Positions 49,250 to 55,505 of a DNA stretch of 55,505 nt are shown one piece after another (the first letter of the stretch is position 1; every line of letters begins with the position of its first letter). Both the position numbers and the translations under genes were made by a program. Location: assembly GCA_033551855.1 (NCBI GenBank), contig JAWSUI010000023.1:1-55505 (forward strand), given 5' to 3'. The stretch comes from Deferrisomatales bacterium (GTDB lineage: Bacteria; Desulfobacterota; Deferrisomatia; Deferrisomatales; JACRMM01). Below the pieces are notes generated by a model. That model saw nothing but the letters and a program-made list of their open reading frames with translations. It had not been told where the DNA came from and made no database searches.

Positions 49250-52200
49250 AGCGGACCCGCGCCCAGGCCTTGGCCCTCGTCAACTGGAAGGGCGTGTTCT
49301 ACGAGCGGTACCTGCTCGACGATCACGTGACCGCCCTGGAAGGGGCCAACGGCGCGGGCAAGACCACGGTGATGATCGCCGCCTATGTCGTGCTGCTTCC
49401 CGACATGACGCGCCTCAGGTTCACCAACCTGGGCGAGTCTGCGGCCACCGGCGGCGACAAGGGGATCTATGGGCGTCTCGGGGACCCGGACAGCCCCTCG
49501 TATGCCGCCATCGACTTTCGACTCGGCAGTGGCGAGCGCCTGCTTGCGGGGGTTCTCCTCGAGCGGCGCTCGGAGCCCACGGTGGAGCTGACGCCGTTCG
49601 TGGCCAGCGGCCTGCGCGAGGACGCCGCCCTTCAGGATGTCCTGCTCGACCGCGGCGAGCTGGACGCGGTGCCCGATCTCAACCGGCTGCGGGAGCTCGT
49701 CGCGCTCGGCGGTGGCCGGCTGCACACGTTTTCCAAGGCCGGCGACTACTTCGCCGATCTCTTCGATCGGGGCGTGACGCCCTTGCGGCTGACCGGCGAC
49801 GAGGAGCGGACGAAGCTCAACGAGATGCTGCGCACCAGCATGGTCGGCGGGATCTCGCGCGCGCTCACGGGCGGGTTGCGCGAGTTTCTCCTGAAGGCCG
49901 AGACCGGCCTCGCGGACACGTTGAAGCGCATGCGGGGCAACCTCGACGCCTGCCGCCGGACACGGATCGAGGTGGAGACGGCCCAGCGCATGGAGCAGGA
50001 GATCCACGGTGTCTACGAGGCCGGCCAGGAGATGTTCGTGGCTGCCGTGCACGCCACGCGAGAGCGAGCCGAAGAGCTTCACCAGCGCCTGCAGCGAGCG
50101 CAGGCCGGGCTGGAGCTTGGCGAGAGGGAGGAGCGCGCGCTGGCAGCCTCGCTCGAGGAGAAGACGGGCGAGCACGAGGCGGCGAGGCGAGAGCTTTCGA
50201 GCGTCCATGACGAGCTCGAGCAGGCCCGGGAGCTGCTCGCGCGAATCCGAGCGGCCAACGAGATCGCAAGGCGAATCAAGCGACGCGAGGACGAGCGGGT
50301 CGACCTCGCGGCCAGCGAAACGCAGAAGCGCTCGGTGCGCGAGAAGCGGCACGAAGGACGAGAGCGGGCCCGAAAGCGCCGAGCAGGGGCCCAGGAGCAG
50401 GTCAAGGTGGCCTCACACGGCCTGGCGGACTTCCAGGAGGGCCTGGACGAACTGCACCGCCGCGCGGCTGCCTTCGAGCAGGTATCGAGGCGCCTGGCAG
50501 ACGCCCGCGCCGGGCTTCCGGAGCATGACGTCGGACCGGGCAACGTCTCCGAGGTTCGCGCCATCTGCGAGCAGCGGATAGGCGGGCAGGACGCGGCGAT
50601 CGTGCGTCTGGACAGAGACCTGGCGACCGTGCGGCAGCGACGAGCCGAGCACGAACGGGTCACCGCCGCCCTGGTCCATCTGACCGGAGACACGGTGGAC
50701 GCGGACAGCGCCCTGCAAGTCGCGCGGCAGGCATTGCGGGAGCTGCGGGGGCTCGAATCCCTGGTCGCAGAGCTCCCCGAGCTCCCCGCTCGGCTCGATC
50801 GGGCTCGGGAGCTGGCTGAGCACCAGCATCGCGTGCGAGAGACCGCTCGTGGCCTGGAGGCCCCGGACCAGCCGCTCGCGACTGCGCAAGCGGTTCGCGA
50901 GGCGTTCGCCGCCGCTGATGCAGCGCTCGAGGCGGTCCGTCGCGAGTTGTCGGACAGCCGCGCCCGCATCGAGGAAACCGCGGCCGAGCGCAAACAAGGA
51001 GAGAAGGAGATCGCCGACCTCGAGTCGTTGCTCCCAAGATGGAGGGACGCTCGCGATCGGGCACAGGCGCTCGAGGCCTCCTGGGAGCAGCCGCTGAAGG
51101 GCGAGGCGGACATCGAGACACTCCAGTCGGTTCTGCTGGAGAAGCGCGACAGCCTGAACGGGCACATCGACAAGGTGCAGACACGCGTTCGAGACCTCGT
51201 GGAAATGGCGGACCAGCTCGAGCACAGCGGTGGCCAGTTCAGCACCGAGCTGCTCCGGGCACGCGACGCCGTGGAGGGCGAGCTGCTGGCCGGGCACTTC
51301 GACGACGTACCCGTCGAAGAGGCGGGCCGCTTGCAGGCCGTGCTCGGGCCGTTCGCCGAGGCGATCGTCGTGGACGACGTGGTACAGGCCGCGCGCAGGT
51401 TGGCAGGTGAGGCGGTACGCCCGGACACCGTCTGGCTGGTGGACGAGTCCACGACCCTCGTGAGCGACCCTGCCGAGGCCGGTGCGGAGCATGTCGACGA
51501 GAACGTGCTCGTTGCCGCGCCGTCCGGCTCGCGTCTGACTCGTATCCCGGAGCGCCCCACCCTGGGTCGTCGGGCCAGGACCCAGCGGGTCCGGGAGGTG
51601 CGAGCGGAGGTCGAGCGGCTGGAGAGCGAGATCACCAGCGTTCGTGCCGACGAGCGACGGGTCGGCGAGGCACTGGCGAGCGCCCGCAAGCTGCTGGCCG
51701 AGTCGTCTCTTCTCACGCGGGAGGATCCCCAGCCCGAGCTCACGGAGGCGCGCAAGCGAGTTGCGGCTGCGATCCGGCGCGATCGCGATCTTTCGGGACG
51801 AGCCGAGATGCTGCGAGCGCGGGCCGGCAAGCTCACGACCCGTCGCGAATCGCTCGGGAACCTGCTTGCGGATTCGCACTTGCTGGACCTGCAGGATCAA
51901 GACGATGTCGTCCGCGCGCTGGGCAGCCGGCTGTCGGAGGCGCGGGCGGCGAAGGAGCGCTTGGAGCGGGCAGCTCCTCACATCGCCACCGTGGAGGACG
52001 GGTTCGACATCCTTCGCGCTCCCCCTCCGACAGACGATGAGCTGCGCCGGATCCGCGCCGACCTCGATGCGGCTCGCGAGAGACGCGACCGGCTGTCCGG
52101 GCCGCTCGACTCGCTGAGATATGTCGAGGATCACCTGCCTGAGCTCGGCTGGTCCGATGCACCGGCTGCGCTTGCAGAGAAACAGACGCTGCGCCCGGCG

Positions 52201-53664
52201 TTGGAAGAACAGGTTCGAGCGGCGGAAGCCGATCTGGGGCGCGCCGAAGAGGGCGAACGAGCCGCGGAGACAGCGCTCGAAGACGCGGTGGTGGCCGCAC
52301 AGAAGGCTCAGGCGGCTCTGGACCAGCTCGATGCCGCCCTGGATCTGGATCGGAAGCAGCTCGCGGAGAGCGGAATCGCTCATGCTAGCGACGAGGCGGT
52401 CGCTACCGCGGAGCATCACCACCGAGCGCTGCGAGACTGCGCATCCGGTTTGGACGAACGGGAGCGGACGCTGGCCAGCGAGGTGGCCGAGGCGAAGGTT
52501 CGGCACGAGCAGCAGGCCGAGGACGTCATTAAGCTTCGCGCTGTCCGAGAGGACGAAGAGGCCCAGTGGCGACCCGTCGCGGATCGCTGGCAGCGTCTTC
52601 AAACCGAGGCCGCAGAGGCGGGAGTCCTGCATAGTGCGATGACGCCGGAGATCATCGCGCGCACCCGTTCGGCCGGCTCGGTCAACCTGTATCAGGAGGC
52701 CCGCAGCAGAGGCGACGTCCTGGCCGAGCGGCTCGCGCACTCGGAGGGCGGAGGAGAGCACGCCGAGACCATCAACTCCTGGCTGGCACAGGCAAGCCAG
52801 GACTTCGGCTTGGCCTACCTGCGCGCCTGGCTCGACGCCCGCGATTGGCTCCGCCGCCGCGTGCCTCCACAGATCGCAGAGGTGGACGACCCCCTCGAGA
52901 CGCTCGCCCGCGTCCGGGAGCACCTGGGACGCCTGCAGGAGCGCCTCGCCCAGCAGGAGAAGAACCTGCGCGGGCAGTCAGAGGATGTTGCGCGCAACAT
53001 CGAGACCCAGCGCCGCAAGGCCCGGCGGGAGGTCGGGCGGCTCAACAACGAGCTGGAGATCGTCGGCTTCGGCAGCATCCACGGGGTGCGGATACAGGTG
53101 CGTCCCGTGGAGAGCCGGGAGCGAGTTCTTCGCGCGTTGCGCGAGGGAGAGGCGCAGCAGCTCCTCTTCCAGTCGGAGATGCCGATCGAAGAGGCCATGG
53201 ACGAGCTGTTCAAGCGCTACGGCGGCGGTCAGACCGGTGGGCAGCGCCTGCTCGATTACCGTGAGTACCTGGATCTGCAGGTCGAGGTGCGTCGCCAGGC
53301 CAGCCCGGACTGGGAGCTGGCCAACCCGACCCGCATGTCCACCGGAGAGGCCATCGGCGTGGGCGCCGCGATCATGATGGTCGTGCTGACCGCCTGGGAG
53401 CGCCACGCGAACCTGCTCCGTGCCAAGCGGTCGGCGGGCACGTTGCGGCTCCTCTTCCTCGACGAGGCGAACCGCCTGTCCCAGGACAACCTGGGCGTCC
53501 TCTTCGAGCTGTGCCAAGGCCTCGAGCTGCAGCTCCTCATCGCTGCTCCCGAGGTGGCGCAGGCCGAGGGAAACACGACTTATCACCTGGTCAGGCAGAT
53601 CGATGACGATGGACGGGAGGTCGTCCGGGTGGCAGGGCGCCGCACGCCGCAAGGAGACGCCTGA
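49246..53664 (+). CDS. mukB: MukB SMC ATPase (1472 aa)
   Basis: LVNWKG..GANGAGKTT..LLPDMTRLRFTN..GDKG; MukB-type hinge LLAGHFDDV..GP..AIVV and PTLGRRAR; LLDYREYL, MSTGEAIG, LLFLDEA, LFELC..LQLLIAAPE. Confidence 0.93.
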   Translation: MKRTRAQALALVNWKGVFYERYLLDDHVTALEGANGAGKTTVMIAAYVVLLPDMTRLRFTNLGESAATGGDKGIYGRLGDPDSPSYAAIDFRLGSGERLLAGVLLERRSEPTVELTPFVASGLREDAALQDVLLDRGELDAVPDLNRLRELVALGGGRLHTFSKAGDYFADLFDRGVTPLRLTGDEERTKLNEMLRTSMVGGISRALTGGLREFLLKAETGLADTLKRMRGNLDACRRTRIEVETAQRMEQEIHGVYEAGQEMFVAAVHATRERAEELHQRLQRAQAGLELGEREERALAASLEEKTGEHEAARRELSSVHDELEQARELLARIRAANEIARRIKRREDERVDLAASETQKRSVREKRHEGRERARKRRAGAQEQVKVASHGLADFQEGLDELHRRAAAFEQVSRRLADARAGLPEHDVGPGNVSEVRAICEQRIGGQDAAIVRLDRDLATVRQRRAEHERVTAALVHLTGDTVDADSALQVARQALRELRGLESLVAELPELPARLDRARELAEHQHRVRETARGLEAPDQPLATAQAVREAFAAADAALEAVRRELSDSRARIEETAAERKQGEKEIADLESLLPRWRDARDRAQALEASWEQPLKGEADIETLQSVLLEKRDSLNGHIDKVQTRVRDLVEMADQLEHSGGQFSTELLRARDAVEGELLAGHFDDVPVEEAGRLQAVLGPFAEAIVVDDVVQAARRLAGEAVRPDTVWLVDESTTLVSDPAEAGAEHVDENVLVAAPSGSRLTRIPERPTLGRRARTQRVREVRAEVERLESEITSVRADERRVGEALASARKLLAESSLLTREDPQPELTEARKRVAAAIRRDRDLSGRAEMLRARAGKLTTRRESLGNLLADSHLLDLQDQDDVVRALGSRLSEARAAKERLERAAPHIATVEDGFDILRAPPPTDDELRRIRADLDAARERRDRLSGPLDSLRYVEDHLPELGWSDAPAALAEKQTLRPALEEQVRAAEADLGRAEEGERAAETALEDAVVAAQKAQAALDQLDAALDLDRKQLAESGIAHASDEAVATAEHHHRALRDCASGLDERERTLASEVAEAKVRHEQQAEDVIKLRAVREDEEAQWRPVADRWQRLQTEAAEAGVLHSAMTPEIIARTRSAGSVNLYQEARSRGDVLAERLAHSEGGGEHAETINSWLAQASQDFGLAYLRAWLDARDWLRRRVPPQIAEVDDPLETLARVREHLGRLQERLAQQEKNLRGQSEDVARNIETQRRKARREVGRLNNELEIVGFGSIHGVRIQVRPVESRERVLRALREGEAQQLLFQSEMPIEEAMDELFKRYGGGQTGGQRLLDYREYLDLQVEVRRQASPDWELANPTRMSTGEAIGVGAAIMMVVLTAWERHANLLRAKRSAGTLRLLFLDEANRLSQDNLGVLFELCQGLELQLLIAAPEVAQAEGNTTYHLVRQIDDDGREVVRVAGRRTPQGDA

Positions 53665-54644
53665 TGTGGAGCGACGAGGCACATCGCCTTGCCCTGCTGG
53701 AGCTGTGGGCCACGGGCTGCCTCAAGCGCCGCAAGAACCAGGGTGACGCATGGTACGAGCTCTCGGAGTTGCCTTGGACTCGGCGCACATCCCGCAGGGA
53801 TGAGCTGGCCTTGGACGAGGGCCACCGCCGCGACCTCGAGCGGCTTCTCGACCGTAGCTGGCCGGACTGGAGAGATCTCCTGACGGAGCTCGAGCGCCAT
53901 GACCTGTCCTTAGACCTCCATGGGTGGAAGACACTCCAGCAGCGCCGACGAGCAGACGGTTTGCCCGAGATTCTCCCCGATCGGCTGAACCAACGGACGG
54001 CTACGGCCGCGCTCGGGAGCCACTCGAAGGCTACCCTCGGTGAGCGCCTGCGGCAGGCGCTCGGCCCACTCGAGGTGACAAGGGATGGCCTCATCCGCAT
54101 CCGTCCGAACGAGGGACTGCTCGTCGAGCGCGGCAGTGAGACGTGGAGCGCTACGATGCTCGCGGGCTTTCTCGGCGAGCTTGCCCTGACCGAGCGGGCA
54201 CTCCGCGATGGCACGACCCTTGGCGGCACGCTGCCCACCGCGCTACTGCTCGTGGAGAACGTGGGCTTCTACATCGACGTCCCGGCTCCTCCTCGTTGGA
54301 TGGTGGCCCACGTCCCGGGCTGGAACACGGCGACCACCCGGCTGCTGTTCGACGCCCTCCCCACGGTGCCGGTTGTCCACTTCGGCGACCTCGACCCGAA
54401 CGGCGTGCGAATCGTCGCCCATCTCCAGCTCCTGCGCCCCGACCTCCTGTGGGCCGTTCCCGACTTCTGGGAAGAACAGATCTCTCTGCGTGGACTGCGG
54501 TGTGACTGGCCGAGCGACCTCGACCTGACCGCCGCACCTGCACTCGTGCAGCGGCTGGCAAGGGAAGGCATGTGGCTGGAGCAGGAAGCCCTGGCGCTCG
54601 ACCCGAGGTTGACCGGCTACCTCAAGGAGATCCTGTCGTCATGA
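53664..54644 (+). CDS. jetD: Wadjet JetD/MksG-like Toprim (DUF2220-type) nuclease
   Basis: LLVEN, PGWN, VHFGDLDPNG (DxD), C-terminal WLEQE; TGATG coupling to mukB. Confidence 0.82.
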   Translation: MWSDEAHRLALLELWATGCLKRRKNQGDAWYELSELPWTRRTSRRDELALDEGHRRDLERLLDRSWPDWRDLLTELERHDLSLDLHGWKTLQQRRRADGLPEILPDRLNQRTATAALGSHSKATLGERLRQALGPLEVTRDGLIRIRPNEGLLVERGSETWSATMLAGFLGELALTERALRDGTTLGGTLPTALLLVENVGFYIDVPAPPRWMVAHVPGWNTATTRLLFDALPTVPVVHFGDLDPNGVRIVAHLQLLRPDLLWAVPDFWEEQISLRGLRCDWPSDLDLTAAPALVQRLAREGMWLEQEALALDPRLTGYLKEILSS

Positions 54645-54773
54645 AACCGTCGCTCGGGTGGGCCGGCCTGTCGCGCATCGCACTCAAGCGGGCCGAGGCG
54701 CAGCTAATGGCAGACAGCCAGGGGGTCCGCGACGAAGTCGGCGTGCCCGCGGTCCACATGGCCTACGCAAACC
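54641..54773 (+). pseudogene. 5' fragment of a DUF6361-like gene truncated by IS insertion
   Basis: MKPSLGWAGLSRIALKRAEAQL...GVRDEVGV..VHMAYAN resembles the family start (xGW..S....RA.......RDExG...I..AFAxxxFPG); ATGA overlap with jetD. Confidence 0.65.
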
Positions 54774-55063
54774 CAGCATTGTCCGGTTAGGTTCTTGCAG
54801 CAGTCGGGTATCGGCCGGGTTCGTGCGGTGACTCTGGGACAGGGGGATCTGGCTCCATCTGGGCAGCCTCGTTCTCGATCTTGTTGCGAAGCTCGCGAAC
54901 GCGCCGGATGCTGACCTTCTCCCCGTACTCCTCGTGGCAGTAGATGGCGAGCAGCAGATACGTGATCAACCCGGCGAGAATCTGGACCATCACCCCGTGC
55001 CGGCTGCGGGAGATCAGGTGATAGACCTTCAGATGGCGCTTCCACCACCTGAAGAAGATTTCG
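54774..55063 (-). mobile_element. IS4-family element, right end and transposase C-terminal fragment (54787-55063)
   Basis: EIFFRWWKRHLKVYHL...MVQILAGLITYLLL is the DDE catalytic-E helix region; probable terminus CAGCATTGTCCGGTTAG at 54774. Confidence 0.75.
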
Positions 55064-55505
55064 TAGGTAGTTGAGTTTCAAGGTTACCGGTCGTAAACCT
55101 TCGCCTTTAGGCGGAATTGCTTCAGCGGGTCTTTCCTCGTAAGGTTGGGTGGACGGCCGACGAGGAGGGATCGAAGGATGGCGGAATAACCGGAAGGGCG
55201 CGCACACGGTCCACGACATCAAGTATCACTTCGTGTGGGTGACGAAGTACCGGTACCAAGTGTTGCGGGGGGAGGTCGCGGAGAGAACGCGAGATCTGAT
55301 CCGCCAGGTGGGCATGGCACGGGAGATCACCATCCTGAAGGGGCACGTGAGTCGGGACCATGTTCACCTGTACGTGTCGGCGACACCGAATCCGAGCCCA
55401 GCTCGGATCATGCAATATGTGAAGGGGAAGTCGTCGAGGATCTTGCAGCAAGAGTATCCCGCGCTTCGAAAGAGGTATTGGGGACAACACATCTGGGCTC
55501 GAGGC
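55064..55505 (+). mobile_element. tnpA: IS200/IS605-family element, left end and tnpA (frameshifted at codon 4, runs off window)
   Basis: Subterminal hairpin TTCGCC-TTTA-GGCGGA; ATG 55178; GAHTVHDIKYHFVWVTKYR, HUH motif DHVHL, KGKSSR, YWGQHIWARG. Confidence 0.88.

Overview
Very GC-rich bacterial chromosomal DNA. Gene content suggests a deltaproteobacterium-like anaerobe, which is an inference. Bases 1-47,000 are mostly housekeeping genes: livK and livF, a secreted FN3 protein, a DUF1844-TPR-DUF4388-pterin-binding cluster, a Na/Pi cotransporter, ctpA, a polysaccharide deacetylase, trxC-like and xdhC-like genes, pyrR-pyrB-pyrC-carA-carB-TPR-pyrK, a cytochrome c, site-2 protease-scpA-scpB-rluB-pheA, tRNA-Ile(CAT), Nif3, a zinc-ribbon protein, RNase P RNA, TlpA, acnA, tRNA-Glu, a PQQ sugar dehydrogenase, NRDE, cytochrome P460, YitT and DUF1847. 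From about 47,050 to the end is an accessory, defence-like island: a rhuM-like remnant, an enterobacterial-type mukF-mukE-mukB operon coupled to a Wadjet JetD-like Toprim nuclease, and a coupled DUF6361-like gene cut by an IS4 fragment that is itself interrupted by an IS200 element. Two signals stand out. (1) MukBEF carries a nuclease gene in a genome that also has scpAB. (2) A MITE family with about 12-bp IS1380-like terminal repeats and 4-bp target duplications has one end exactly 13 nt upstream of a TTG -35 hexamer in 7 of 9 copies, suggesting promoter-targeted transposition. All family assignments come from motif recognition by eye; no searches were run.
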